Below the pieces are notes generated by a model. It saw only the letters and a list, made by a program, of their open reading frames with translations, was not told where the DNA came from and ran no database searches. This document shows, in pieces, positions 9,541-19,683 of a DNA stretch of 64,000 nucleotides (position 1 is its first letter; every line of letters starts with the position of its first letter). Source of the DNA: Methanocella sp. GTDB lineage: Archaea > Thermoproteota > Bathyarchaeia > Bathyarchaeales > Bathycorpusculaceae. A program made the position numbers and the translations under genes. The stretch is from assembly GCA_050261115.1 (NCBI GenBank), contig JBLNCY010000057.1, positions 32,001 to 96,000 on the forward strand, written 5' to 3'.

Positions 9541-10560
9541 TTATGCTTTTGGTGCTTTAGCTGGCTTGTCAGCTTTGGGTGCAGGAGGGTCGGGTGGTAA
9601 TCCGAGTGCTTCTTTGAGGTAGGCCTTGAATGGGCCGAGCTTGCCGCCATAGTTGCCTGCCGATATCTTGAGGATACCAGGACACATAAGTGATGCTTGG
9701 ACGCCGACCGCCATAGCTTTCTTGACTGCGTCAAGGGTTAAGCCGTTAATGACGATTTCAAGCACACTTGTACAGCCCTCGGGGACAATGCTGTCAGGTA
9801 CAATGGTTCGTAGGGTTGGGCAGTAAGTGTGGTTGGTGGAGGCTTTAAGCTTGTATTTCATGGAGCCAGCCTTGCTACCTGATCGGCACACGCCGCCTGG
9901 AAACGGCAAGATAACATCTGGAACTTGCGCGTGAATTGCATCTACTGCGGCTTCAGCTGCTGCAAGACACTCCTGGGGGGTCTTTGCAAATATCATATAG
10001 TTGCCGCCTGCTACTGCTTCGGTGGCGCCAAAGCCGTCTTCAACAAAAAAGTTGCCTTCCATCACGGGTATCTTCCAGACTTTACGTCCCCCAATCATGG
10101 CTTTACCTTGGAAGCCGTCGCCGAAGTAGCGGAGGCTGCTGCCGATAAGTAGCACACGTTTGCCTAAAAGTCCGTTGAAGGCTGCTGTGGTTGGGCAAGT
10201 CATGGTGCATTGACCGATGCGGCCCATTAGTGAGTGTTTGAGTTCAAAGCGGTCCTTGTTGTAAATTTGAATTAGGATGCCGGGTCGTTTGTCTGGGGTT
10301 TCACTGGCTGGAACGGTGCGTTCGATGGCTGCTTCAGCGGAAGCGGCGATGACGCTTGTGGCGTAGCCTGTTGTTATGGATGCAGCAGTCTGTGCCCATT
10401 TCTCGTTAGCTGCAGTGATGAGTACACGAGCTGCCCACAGCGGAAACATCTCTGCAAAGGTATCCTCAACCTTCACAACGCCATGAGGAGTATTCACTAG
10501 GTACATCTTTTCTTTTTCGTCATAACCTTGAATTTCCAGCTTGCTACTGTTCGATGACAT
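9541..10560 (-). CDS. ftr: Formylmethanofuran:tetrahydromethanopterin formyltransferase
   Basis: VEDTFAEMF, TPDKRPG, RIGQCTMTCPTTA, LRYFGDG, SGSKAGS, EIVINGL, ISAGNYGGKLG. Confidence 0.95.
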   Translation of the reverse strand: MSSNSSKLEIQGYDEKEKMYLVNTPHGVVKVEDTFAEMFPLWAARVLITAANEKWAQTAASITTGYATSVIAASAEAAIERTVPASETPDKRPGILIQIYNKDRFELKHSLMGRIGQCTMTCPTTAAFNGLLGKRVLLIGSSLRYFGDGFQGKAMIGGRKVWKIPVMEGNFFVEDGFGATEAVAGGNYMIFAKTPQECLAAAEAAVDAIHAQVPDVILPFPGGVCRSGSKAGSMKYKLKASTNHTYCPTLRTIVPDSIVPEGCTSVLEIVINGLTLDAVKKAMAVGVQASLMCPGILKISAGNYGGKLGPFKAYLKEALGLPPDPPAPKADKPAKAPKA

Positions 10561-10740
10561 GAACGAGACCTTGCCTCTTGAGTGGGCTTTTGTATAATTT
10601 AAGAGTTTTCATGTTTTTTCTGGTTTCAAGCTGTGTATTTTTATGGTATTAAACGTTGGTTTTCTTGGCATATTTAGAGTTTAGCAGGGAACGCCGAGTG
10701 CTTGCTGTTAGATTAGGGGTGTTGGATGTTGGATAGTGGT

Positions 10741-10797
10741 CTGTTGCTTTGCCGACCTACCCCCTCCCTTATATATAGAACCAACCACGGGTTCAAC
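10741..10797 (+). repeat. Dispersed intergenic element, copy 2 (reference)
   Basis: CTGTTGCTTTGCCGACCTACCCCCTCCCTTATATATAGAACCAACCACGGGTTCAAC; near-identical to 63364-63420. Confidence 0.93.
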
Positions 10798-10969
10798 TTA
10801 GCCTTGAATGCGCATGTGATTTTGCGGCTATGGGTTGGCTTCTCATTTTTTATGTCCTTCTGTAGTCACTATCCTCTACATAGCAGACTCTAGGCAAACA
10901 CCGCAAAGGGCTATGAAGCGCTTAATTTTTTAAGTCAGACAACCATATCAGAACCGCGAAGAGAGAGAT

Positions 10970-11377
10970 ATGCCGATTAAGTATTTTCCCGCCCCCGAAA
11001 TCAAAAAACAAGTTGACCAGTTAGTGCAGGAATGCGAATTCCATCATGTGGTGCCACAGTTCGTTTTCTGTGTTCGAAGCAAAGGCAGCAAAGCAAAACG
11101 CACCATAGCCCGCATTCATGGACTGGGCAAAATCTGGCAGGGCGTACTTAACCTCCCACCCAGCTACACCATCGAGGTTATTAGCGAAATCTATGACAGG
11201 ATGTCTCCCGAGGATAAGGAGCGCACGTTGATTCATGAGTTGATGCATATCCCTGGCGGCTTTAGCGGCGGCTTTAGGCCTCACAAGGGCTATGTTGAGA
11301 GGAAGAATGTTGAGGCAGTGTATAAGAAACTGCAGAGTGACCGCGCTGCGAGGCGGCAGAAGCGACTTTTTTCCTGA
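10970..11377 (+). CDS. Small HEXXH zinc metallopeptidase (archaeal/phage-type, SprT-like)
   Basis: RSKGSKA..ARIHG..Y.IEVISE..TLIHELMHIP..FSGGFRPH. Confidence 0.8.
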   Translation: MPIKYFPAPEIKKQVDQLVQECEFHHVVPQFVFCVRSKGSKAKRTIARIHGLGKIWQGVLNLPPSYTIEVISEIYDRMSPEDKERTLIHELMHIPGGFSGGFRPHKGYVERKNVEAVYKKLQSDRAARRQKRLFS

Positions 11378-11517
11378 ATAAAACGTGGCGGCATCGGTTA
11401 AAGTTTTTAAGCTTCTTTGCCGCGGTTGTGTTTATTGCAGCTTTAACAAAAGCCATATAAGCCTTAATGGGCAAAGTCACAAGAAAACTTTGCCGTAGAA
11501 CGGGGTTAAACAGTTCA

Positions 11518-13179
11518 ATGAAGCATGTTATGAAAAGTCTAAAGCACAACGGCGTATACGTTCCACCCTATGACCTAAAGGGGTTTAGTGTTAAAATCGC
11601 TGGACAACCAGTTAAATTAACACCTAAAAGCGAGCCTATGGCAGTAGCCTGGGTACGCCGAGTCCTTTCTACCACTATACCCCCACCCGATAACGTCTTC
11701 ACCAAGAACTTTATGCAGGAATTTTTGCAACAACTACAAAAAGAAAACCCCAAAGCCACATTCCTCCAAGAGTTTACCCTCAAATACTTATCAAACATAG
11801 ATAACCCAACCCTCAACAACGGCGGCGTCCAAGCCCTCGACATCGACTTCACCGACATAAAAGCATACATTCTTAACGAAAAGGCCAAAAAAGAAGCCAT
11901 GACCAAAGAGGAGAAAAAGAAACTGGCTGAGGAACGCAAAGTCATACGCCAGGAGTTCCGCGACAAATACGGCTATGCCGAAGTGGACGGTCAACGCCTC
12001 GAAATCGCCAACTGGACCGCTGAACCCAGCTGCCTCTTTGCGGGACGCGGTGACCACCCCCAGCGCGGCAGATGGAAAGAAGGCCCAAGTGAAGAAGACA
12101 TCACCCTCAACCTCTCCCCCGATGCCCCCAAACCCGAAGGCTGGAAGGGCAAAATCATCTGGGAACCCGAAAAGATGTATGTTGCCAAATGGGTTGACAA
12201 ACTAACTGGCAAAGTCAAGTACGTCTGGTTCAGTGACACTGCGTTTCTTAAGCAGAACCGAGAGAAGGAAAAATTCAAAAAAGCTGAGGACCTGGGCAAA
12301 CACATAGACGCCGTAGAGAAACATATTCTCAAAAACCTCTCCGCAAAAGACATCATGCGTCGGAAAACAGCAACTGTTGCCTGGTTGATTCTTGCAGTGA
12401 ACATGAGGGTTGGCGATGAGAAGGACCCAGATGAAGCTGATACGGTGGGCGCCATTACCCTGCGTGATGAGCACATCAGCATTCAAGGTGACCAGGTTAC
12501 CTTTGACTTCTTGGGTAAGGACAGCGTTAGATGGGTAAAAACCGTTCAAGCCCCGCCTCAAGTCATCAAGAACCTCACTGAGTTCAAGCAGGATAAAAAA
12601 GTCCAGTACCTCTTTGAGGGCATCGACAGCAAAACTGTCAGCCGATTCTTATCTGAAAAAGTACCCAAACTCACCGCAAAAGTGTTCCGTACCTGGAAAT
12701 GCACTAAAACAGTCAAAGAAGAACTCGAAAAGAGCGGCGTAACCAAAAACGATCCCGACTACAAAAAGAACTTTGCAGCCAAAATGGCTAACCTCAAAGT
12801 AGCAGAAGTCGCTAACCACAAACGCAAAATCCCACCCACCTATGACCAGCGCATAGCGGAGAAGGAGCGGAAACTAAAGGAACTGGAAGAACAGCTCAAA
12901 GTTAAGAAAAAAGAGGGCAAAAAAATTGAGTCGCTGGAAGGCCGCATTGAGAAAGCCAAACTTGATTTGGAATTGGCTAAGCTTACCCGCGAATACAACT
13001 TGGGCACCTCGCTTAAGAGCTACATTGACCCACGGGCATACGTTAAGTGGGCTAAGAAAGTCAAGTTTGACGTTGAAAAGTTCTATCCCAAGACCCTGCG
13101 CAGCAAATTCAGTTGGGCGCTACAGGCAGGCAGCAAGAAGAGCACGGATGCCTGCGACTCCGAGTGTATAACTCCATGA
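11518..13179 (+). CDS. DNA topoisomerase IB (eukaryote-like)
   Basis: LKHNGVY, GRGDHPQRG; catalytic residues in NMRVG, FLGKDS, KVFRT, ANH and GTSLKSYIDPR. Start is 11518 or 11530. Confidence 0.95.
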   Translation: MKHVMKSLKHNGVYVPPYDLKGFSVKIAGQPVKLTPKSEPMAVAWVRRVLSTTIPPPDNVFTKNFMQEFLQQLQKENPKATFLQEFTLKYLSNIDNPTLNNGGVQALDIDFTDIKAYILNEKAKKEAMTKEEKKKLAEERKVIRQEFRDKYGYAEVDGQRLEIANWTAEPSCLFAGRGDHPQRGRWKEGPSEEDITLNLSPDAPKPEGWKGKIIWEPEKMYVAKWVDKLTGKVKYVWFSDTAFLKQNREKEKFKKAEDLGKHIDAVEKHILKNLSAKDIMRRKTATVAWLILAVNMRVGDEKDPDEADTVGAITLRDEHISIQGDQVTFDFLGKDSVRWVKTVQAPPQVIKNLTEFKQDKKVQYLFEGIDSKTVSRFLSEKVPKLTAKVFRTWKCTKTVKEELEKSGVTKNDPDYKKNFAAKMANLKVAEVANHKRKIPPTYDQRIAEKERKLKELEEQLKVKKKEGKKIESLEGRIEKAKLDLELAKLTREYNLGTSLKSYIDPRAYVKWAKKVKFDVEKFYPKTLRSKFSWALQAGSKKSTDACDSECITP

Positions 13180-13457
13180 GCGTCGTCGAAACCAAAGACG
13201 GCGCCAACCTCACAGTTTTTGTAAAACCCAACTCCCCAAAGTTCAAGATAGAATTTGACGGCACTGAAGTCATTGTTTACTCCACGGAGGAACCCGTCAA
13301 GGGCAAGGTGAATAAGGAGATTATGAAGGAGATGGGGAAGCTTTTGGGGTTGCGTGTGGAGATTGTTTCTGGGTTGACTTCTAAGCAGAAAGTGCTGCTC
13401 TTTAGGGGCATAAGCAAAGCTGAGGTTGAAGCACTGTTAGGTAGCTTACAGGGTTGA
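13176..13457 (+). CDS. DUF167/YggU (UPF0235) family protein
   Basis: VFVKPNS..P.KGKVNKEI..IVSGLTSKQK; ATG 13176 overlaps the TopoIB stop (ATGA). Confidence 0.88.
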   Translation: MSVVETKDGANLTVFVKPNSPKFKIEFDGTEVIVYSTEEPVKGKVNKEIMKEMGKLLGLRVEIVSGLTSKQKVLLFRGISKAEVEALLGSLQG

Positions 13458-13523
13458 AGTGGTTGGTGGATTTGGAAAAACCATAAATTCTAAGACACCC
13501 TAACGCTTCCTTGGTGGGTACAG

Positions 13524-13958
13524 ATGAAAGCAGACCAAGCAACCCAAAAGGGAGTTATACAGGCTTTTAAAGAAATGTTTGAGGCGTACAAAAAGAAAGA
13601 CACCCAAGGCGTCCTTAACTGCTGGGCAAGCGACCCCGATATAGTAATGATTGGGTCAGGTAAGGATGAGAAAAGTGTTGGTGTAGAAAAATTTGTTGAG
13701 AGTCTAACAAGGGATTGGGAGCAAGCCAACATCACCGCCATCGACGTGAAGGATTTCAGCGTCTCAGTCTCGGGGAATGTCGCTTGGCTTAGTTCAGATT
13801 TAACCTTTAACTATACAGTAAAGGAAAAAGCCCTGCAGTTGGCTGGGCGCTTAACGGGAGTTATGGAGAAACGCAACGGAAAATGGCTCTGGATGCAGAT
13901 GCATTACTCTGTTCCTAACGTTAATCAGAAACGCGGCCAATCGTGGCCCAAAAAGTAA
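13524..13958 (+). CDS. NTF2/SnoaL-like domain protein
   Basis: D..MIGSG.DE..G, VSGNVAW, RLTGVMEKRNGKWLWMQMHYS. Confidence 0.82.
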   Translation: MKADQATQKGVIQAFKEMFEAYKKKDTQGVLNCWASDPDIVMIGSGKDEKSVGVEKFVESLTRDWEQANITAIDVKDFSVSVSGNVAWLSSDLTFNYTVKEKALQLAGRLTGVMEKRNGKWLWMQMHYSVPNVNQKRGQSWPKK

Positions 13959-14087
13959 GCTGCAAAAACTGTGGACATAACTGGGCTAGTTCAATGGAGA
14001 AGTACTAGCGCCTTTTCACCATTTCTCGACGGTTATTCTATCATTATTCTTTTGTGCTTTGCATGGTTTGATTTTAGAATTAAAATA

Positions 14088-14100
14088 AAGCGTTTATATC
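14088..14100 (+). promoter_or_regulatory. Putative BRE/TATA promoter of ppcA (possibly leaderless)
   Basis: AAGCGTTTATATC ending ~25 bp before ATG 14126. Confidence 0.55.
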
Positions 14101-14125
14101 CCCCAAGGCTAAGCGTAACTTTGAG

Positions 14126-15724
14126 ATGAAGGTTATGAGCAGCAGCGAAGAAAACCGAATCATTCCAAGAACCATGTCTACCCAGCATCCAGACAACGCA
14201 GTTACACCAGACTGGAGCCGAGACGAAGTAATCGGGGGCAACGCAGAGGTCTTGGAAGCCTTCTATGCATACAGCAGTCTAGGCTGCCAGGAAGTCATGT
14301 GGGACTCTGAAGGCAAAGACGCTGACACCCGCGTGGTTCGAAAGCTGCTCCAGAAGTACTGGGATTACTTTGCAAGCCACACAATCGGCGAAGATCTCTT
14401 CCTAACATATCGTGTTCCCAACCCAAAGATTGAAGGTGCCGAGAAGAAGATCATTGTTGAGACTCTACAGAATATCCCCGTGGCCTATGATGTGGCGACG
14501 TTGGTTTACAAGCGGGAGGTTTCGCCCCTCTTTGAAGTCATCTTGCCCATGACTACCGACGCTAAAGAAATCATCATGCTATACAACTATTACAAAAAAG
14601 CCATAGTTGAAGCAGAAGACGCCAAACTCTACGAGCAAACCACCGTCAAAGACTGGATGGGTCACTTTATGCCCAAAGCCATCAAAGTAATCCCGCTTGT
14701 GGAAGACTTTGACAGCATCCTAAACGTAGACCAAATCATTGCGCCATACATCAAGGCAGTGAAGCCCAAACAGCAACGCATCTTCGTCGCCCGCTCAGAC
14801 CCCGCCCTAAACTACGGTCATATCTGCGCGGTGCTGCTCTCAAAAATCGCATTAAGCAAACTCAAAAAACTCGAAAAACAGACTGAACACACAGCGATAC
14901 ATCCAATCCTTGGGGTGGGCTCAAAACCCTTCCGAGGCCACCTCTCGCCAGATAACATCGACAACTTCTTACAAGAATACCAGGGCCTATCCACAGTCAC
15001 CATCCAATCCGCCTTCAGATACGATTACCCCGCAGACCAAGTCAAAGAAGGCATCCAAACCCTCAACCAACGCCTACCCAACGGGGTCCCCGAATTCATC
15101 GACCCCGAAGAAGAATCCGTTCTCCGCGGCATTCTCTCAAAGTGCAGAAAAGAATACGAACACCAAATCGAAATCATGGCCCCCTTCATCAACGCAGTCG
15201 CAGCCTACGTTCCAGCAAGACGCACAAGAAAACTCCACATCGGACTCTTCGGCTACAGCCGATGCGTCGCAGGGGTATGCCTGCCAAGGGCCATCAGCTT
15301 TGCCAGCGCACTCTACAGCGTCGGTATCCCACCCGAATTCATCGGCCTTAAAGCACTAAACCAGCTAAGCGAACAGGAATGGCAAACCCTCACCAAGAAC
15401 TACATAAAAATGCAGCATGACTTCAAAGTAGTCGGCGAATATGTCTCCTTAAACAACATAAACATGCTCACCGAGTTGAGTCAAATCACAGCTAAACGGT
15501 CAGGCATGAGTGAAGACCAACTAAAAGACGCCCTTGCAAGCTTAATCGAGGACCTAAACGCCGCCGAGCAGAAGCTAAACATCAAGCTGGGCCCCCGAGG
15601 ATTCTCCCAGAGACGACACGAGAACTTTTCAAACAACTTTTTGCTCTCATTCCTGCAGAAGCAAGATGCAGAGGCAAAGGCGGCGCTGGTGGAATCAGCC
15701 AAGCTTAGAAGATGCCTAGGCTAA
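14126..15724 (+). CDS. ppcA: Archaeal-type phosphoenolpyruvate carboxylase
   Basis: IPRTMSTQHPDN, MWDSEGK, FEVILPMT, ARSDPALNYG, PFRGHL, RKLHIGLFGYSR, LPRAISF. Confidence 0.96.
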   Translation: MKVMSSSEENRIIPRTMSTQHPDNAVTPDWSRDEVIGGNAEVLEAFYAYSSLGCQEVMWDSEGKDADTRVVRKLLQKYWDYFASHTIGEDLFLTYRVPNPKIEGAEKKIIVETLQNIPVAYDVATLVYKREVSPLFEVILPMTTDAKEIIMLYNYYKKAIVEAEDAKLYEQTTVKDWMGHFMPKAIKVIPLVEDFDSILNVDQIIAPYIKAVKPKQQRIFVARSDPALNYGHICAVLLSKIALSKLKKLEKQTEHTAIHPILGVGSKPFRGHLSPDNIDNFLQEYQGLSTVTIQSAFRYDYPADQVKEGIQTLNQRLPNGVPEFIDPEEESVLRGILSKCRKEYEHQIEIMAPFINAVAAYVPARRTRKLHIGLFGYSRCVAGVCLPRAISFASALYSVGIPPEFIGLKALNQLSEQEWQTLTKNYIKMQHDFKVVGEYVSLNNINMLTELSQITAKRSGMSEDQLKDALASLIEDLNAAEQKLNIKLGPRGFSQRRHENFSNNFLLSFLQKQDAEAKAALVESAKLRRCLG

Positions 15725-15774
15725 CCCGCCAACCCACTTCTTGTTTCCAAACTCGTCTGCGGGTTTTGTGCGCT

Positions 15775-16857
15775 TTAGCCGAGTAGTTTTGCAAGGCTCG
15801 GAACTTTCTTTAACACAAACACAATCCCCGCAGATAGGGTAAACACGATTACCGCAAAAATGGGCACATCAATCAGGACTATGTCGGTTATCGAGTTCAC
15901 CCAGAAACCAAACACTCCATTGGAAACCAACGTGACTAGTATTATCATGTGTATTAGGTAGATGGGGAGCGTGTTTTGGCTTACCCACTGTATGATTCCA
16001 CCGAGGATTTTGCGGTTGCCCAGGCTGTTGAAGTCTAGCGAGATTAACGCAAAAAACAGAGCGGCGCTTGCCAGTATGATGGTGGGGCTGACGTAGCTAT
16101 GGAAGAACCCCGTGTACTGCTCACCCAAGATACTCGTAAGCAGCCAGCTACTTGCGACGGTTCCCAGCAAGCCGCCTAGCATTAGAAGGAGCGCTCTGAG
16201 TTTTGGCATGCTGGTTTGCAGCAGATATAGGCCTAAGAGATAGTAACCGACCCAGTCTATGAGAATAAATGGGTAGGGATAATAGTTGAGTTGGGGCAAA
16301 AACACATGGATGGCAGGCGTTAGGGTGGTGCCGGCGAACCATATAATCAGCAGGTACAGGTAGAGTTTGCGGTCTAAATGCCTAACCAGCACACGGAGCA
16401 CAGGAGTTAAAGCATACAGCCCCATGAGCAGGTAGAGGTACCAGAGGTGAGTGTATGCACCGCTTGCAAGTCCCTGCACCATACTCATGAGCGTGAGGGG
16501 CTGTCCCAGCACCCCAAAAGTCCATGCAAAGTAGATTACTGTCCAAAAGATGAAGGGCAACCCAATACGGTCTAGCCGCTTCTTGTAGAATACCTTAAGC
16601 GGCTCCTCTTCTCGATTGGGGTCAAGCAGCAGCACACCGGTTAACATGACAAATAGGGGGACCCCTAAAAGCCCTGCAGCGGCATAGGTGGTGGTTGATA
16701 GCCAATTAACAACATCCATACCTGTAACTGCGGGGTTCAAGAAGCGGTAAGGAAACCCAGAGCTATGAAGCAGGATAACCATGAAAATAGCGATGAAGCG
16801 GATTACATCAATGGTATAGTTAGCGGCAACTGGTTTCTCCCCCAGACTTCCCACCAC
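15775..16857 (-). CDS. Acyltransferase family 3 membrane protein (O-acetyltransferase)
   Basis: IDVIRFIAIFMVILLH, VPLFVMLTG, HLWYLY, PIYLIH; ~10 TM segments. Confidence 0.9.
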   Translation of the reverse strand: MVGSLGEKPVAANYTIDVIRFIAIFMVILLHSSGFPYRFLNPAVTGMDVVNWLSTTTYAAAGLLGVPLFVMLTGVLLLDPNREEEPLKVFYKKRLDRIGLPFIFWTVIYFAWTFGVLGQPLTLMSMVQGLASGAYTHLWYLYLLMGLYALTPVLRVLVRHLDRKLYLYLLIIWFAGTTLTPAIHVFLPQLNYYPYPFILIDWVGYYLLGLYLLQTSMPKLRALLLMLGGLLGTVASSWLLTSILGEQYTGFFHSYVSPTIILASAALFFALISLDFNSLGNRKILGGIIQWVSQNTLPIYLIHMIILVTLVSNGVFGFWVNSITDIVLIDVPIFAVIVFTLSAGIVFVLKKVPSLAKLLG

Positions 16858-16922
16858 AGCACCCCTGCCATGCTAACCCATCTATGAATAAGCTGCTAAA
16901 TAAAATTAATCAAAAGGGTAAC

Positions 16923-19196
16923 CTAGACTTTACCTGATAGTACCTTCTTTAGTTCAATCCAAAATGTCGCCAAAAACGACACCCCAACCACCAGCACCCA
17001 ATCCGAAGCACCCAAACTCGTGATTTGGAGGGCAGCCTGAGTAGCGGACAGAGAGGTACCAACAGCTAACAAGAAAACCGCCAGCAAACCCCATAGCAGC
17101 ATAATCCTGTTTGTTAGGATGCCATGTTTGAACAGCGGAGTGTTTCCGGTTCGGAGGTTTAGCGCCAAAAAGACCTGGCTAAACAGCAAAGTGGCGAAAG
17201 CGACGGTTCGGGCATGGGTTATTTCGGCAGTTGAGTAGTAGGTGAATAGGTAGGTGGCGGTGACGGCTAGAGTTAGGCTTAATGCGCCTATCAAGAGCGA
17301 CCGAAGCATGCGTTCATCCATGAAGGTTGCGTAAGGCGCCTGCGGCTTGTTCATTGCGCCTCTCTCCTGAGGTTCCCCAACAAAGAGTACAGATGCAACT
17401 AAATCCACAAACAACACAAGCACCAAGACCTGGATGGGCGCAAACGGCAAAGGAACACCCAACAAGACCGGAACCATAAAAGTCAGTGCCAAAGCGGCTT
17501 TACTGGCAAGGTAAAACCGGATGCCCTTACGAATGTTACCGTTGAACCTTCGGCACTCACTTATTGCGTTTTCGATGGCGGCCAAATTATCATCCACTAA
17601 AACTATGTCTGCAGCTTCCCTAACATCAGCCCCATTGGTGCCCATAGCGATGCCAATGTGCGCTTTTTTAAGTGCGGGTACGTCGTCTATGTCGGTGCCG
17701 GTTACTGCAACGGTCTCGCCCGTTGCTCTTAGAAGCTGAATTATGCGCAGCTTATCCCCCGGAGCAATGTTAGCGAAAACAGGGGTAATCTTGAGGGCTT
17801 CTTTTAGGACTTCATCGGGCATGGTTGCCATTTCCTCGGCACTCAAGACATGGGTATTAGGGATTCCGATTTGACCTGCAAGGGTTTTGGCGGTTTGGGG
17901 GTGCTCGCCGGTAATCAATAGGATGCGTATGCCCGCTTTTTGGCAGTTGCGGATGGCGCTTGGTACCCCTAGGCGGGGAGGGTCTATGAAGCCGATGATG
18001 CCGACAAACACAATCTCCCTTTCAGCCTCATCGACCGACTCGTCTGGGTGTAGTCGGCGGTAGCCGAATGCTAAAAGACGCTCGCCCGCATGTGCCATCC
18101 GTGCCGCCGCCCTAGAGGCTTCCGCCCGTAGCTCGTCGGTTAGGGGTGTTTCTTGGCCTTCTAGGAGTATGCGGTTTGATGTTGCCAGTAGCTTTTCGGG
18201 TTCGCCGCTCGTTAAGGCAACAGTTGAGTTGCCGTACTGGTAAATGTATGTGACTAGTTTTTGTTTATTGTCTAAGCGTAGTTCGTCTTTGAGAATCCAG
18301 TTGCTTGTTACTGCAGTCTTGTCTATGCCCACCTGTTTGAGCCGCTCCAAAATGGCCTTAGCCATCGAGTTAGAGAGTTGGTTGTCGGGGGTGTCACTTG
18401 CTAAAAACCCTGTGCGTAGGGCGGATTTCTCGTTCTCCCCAAACTCCCTCGAAGCATGTATGGTACCGTCAAAGTAGAGGTGCTCAACACGCAGCTTGTC
18501 CTCTGTTAAAATGCCTGCTATGTCGGTGGCGATGATGCTTACATTGCCCAAGTTTTCTGCTGCATTCATCCGCTTTACGATGGCGCCTTTGCATGACAAT
18601 GCCAAGCTACCTATCCCAAGAGCCGTAGCGATGATTAGCGGTAGCTCTCTAGGAACAAAGGCAAACGCTAAAGCAAGACCATAAAGCACTGCACCGGCGG
18701 GGTAATCTTGAAGTCCCGGTAAGCCTCGAATGTAACCTAGCAGGGGAATCAGTATAGCAAGGAATACTGCCATCCAAACCAGGGTTCTTGGCAGATGCTT
18801 CATAGCGATAGGTTCTCGGAGCTGCTCGCTCCTTAGAATTGTTGACGTTTGTGGTACCAGCCGATGCAGAGCCGAGATGGCCCGGTTAGTGCGGTACTCA
18901 TTCCAGACGTTAACCAGCACCAAAAGAACAAACACCATTGCGACTGTAGCTATGGCAGTTAATCCGTCACCAGTAACTATGCCCAAAGCACTGTAGAGCA
19001 CGCCTATAAAGAGCAGCAGAAGAGTCATGGGCTCAGTGGTTTTCTTCTTAAGAATGTCTAAGAGGCGGATTTTGGGTTCCTGAACCACCGTGTTCTTGCC
19101 ATACTTACATGCCTCTTGCTCTGTACCCCTTTGGGTGTCTGAGCCTAAAGCTGCAGCACCATCTTCGGAGTGTTGGGTGTATGGCGGAGGATTCAT
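16923..19196 (-). CDS. Degenerate P-type (P2-like) cation ATPase: actuator domain missing, catalytic motifs mutated
   Basis: P-type architecture (GERLLAFG, FVGIIGFIDPPR, PALKKAHIGIAMG), but DKTGTLT reads DIAGILT, TGD reads TGE, GDGxND reads GTDIDD, and there is no TGES. Confidence 0.85.
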   Translation of the reverse strand: MNPPPYTQHSEDGAAALGSDTQRGTEQEACKYGKNTVVQEPKIRLLDILKKKTTEPMTLLLLFIGVLYSALGIVTGDGLTAIATVAMVFVLLVLVNVWNEYRTNRAISALHRLVPQTSTILRSEQLREPIAMKHLPRTLVWMAVFLAILIPLLGYIRGLPGLQDYPAGAVLYGLALAFAFVPRELPLIIATALGIGSLALSCKGAIVKRMNAAENLGNVSIIATDIAGILTEDKLRVEHLYFDGTIHASREFGENEKSALRTGFLASDTPDNQLSNSMAKAILERLKQVGIDKTAVTSNWILKDELRLDNKQKLVTYIYQYGNSTVALTSGEPEKLLATSNRILLEGQETPLTDELRAEASRAAARMAHAGERLLAFGYRRLHPDESVDEAEREIVFVGIIGFIDPPRLGVPSAIRNCQKAGIRILLITGEHPQTAKTLAGQIGIPNTHVLSAEEMATMPDEVLKEALKITPVFANIAPGDKLRIIQLLRATGETVAVTGTDIDDVPALKKAHIGIAMGTNGADVREAADIVLVDDNLAAIENAISECRRFNGNIRKGIRFYLASKAALALTFMVPVLLGVPLPFAPIQVLVLVLFVDLVASVLFVGEPQERGAMNKPQAPYATFMDERMLRSLLIGALSLTLAVTATYLFTYYSTAEITHARTVAFATLLFSQVFLALNLRTGNTPLFKHGILTNRIMLLWGLLAVFLLAVGTSLSATQAALQITSLGASDWVLVVGVSFLATFWIELKKVLSGKV

Positions 19197-19446
19197 CAGG
19201 CAGTCCCTAAATTAGTATAAGTCGTGTGCTAGTTGCGGGCTAAACACGCCCTAAAAGGTTTGCAACAGTAATCAATAGAATCCTGCTGGCAGCTGTTTTT
19301 AGTTTTTATCCGTTCATGTTTATTTGCCTGCTTTTCTTTTGACAGAAAGGTGCTAAATGAACCGCTACCACAGTTTTAGTATAAGAACAGCAACGATACA
19401 TCTGGTAGTGTTTAGGTAGGTTCTGCAGGGTGGTTTCCAAACCAGA

Positions 19447-19503
19447 GTTCAACCTGTGGTTGGTTCTATATATAAGGGAGGGGGTCCCTCGGCAAAGCAA
19501 CAG
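19447..19503 (-). repeat. Dispersed intergenic element, copy 3
   Basis: GTTCAACCTGTGGTTGGTTCTATATATAAGGGAGGGGGTCCCTCGGCAAAGCAACAG (reverse orientation to copy 2). Confidence 0.93.
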
Positions 19504-19683
19504 CAAAAATGCATAAGAACATAGACAGCATCTGGCGAGTGCCCGATAGAGGAGCGGCATAGTAGGGAGAACTGCTGCTACACCCTATACGTTTATGGGG
19601 ATGTATATGCCTGAAAGGTGTTGTATTATGCGCATAAGCCTTATATTTTCAAAATCAACCTTCTCTGACTGAAGGACAAACGT

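Noticed and set aside
10741-10797. Element as merely the core promoter of the adjacent gene
   Set aside because: It also occurs just downstream of stop codons between convergent genes, and psmA and the serine operon have separate, closer TATA boxes. A promoter for small or antisense RNAs is not excluded.
19306-19560. Short ORFs spanning repeat copies (19306-19560, 34928-35164, 34960-35142)
   Set aside because: Their shared peptide-like text comes from the DNA repeat; frames, starts and stops are not conserved between copies.
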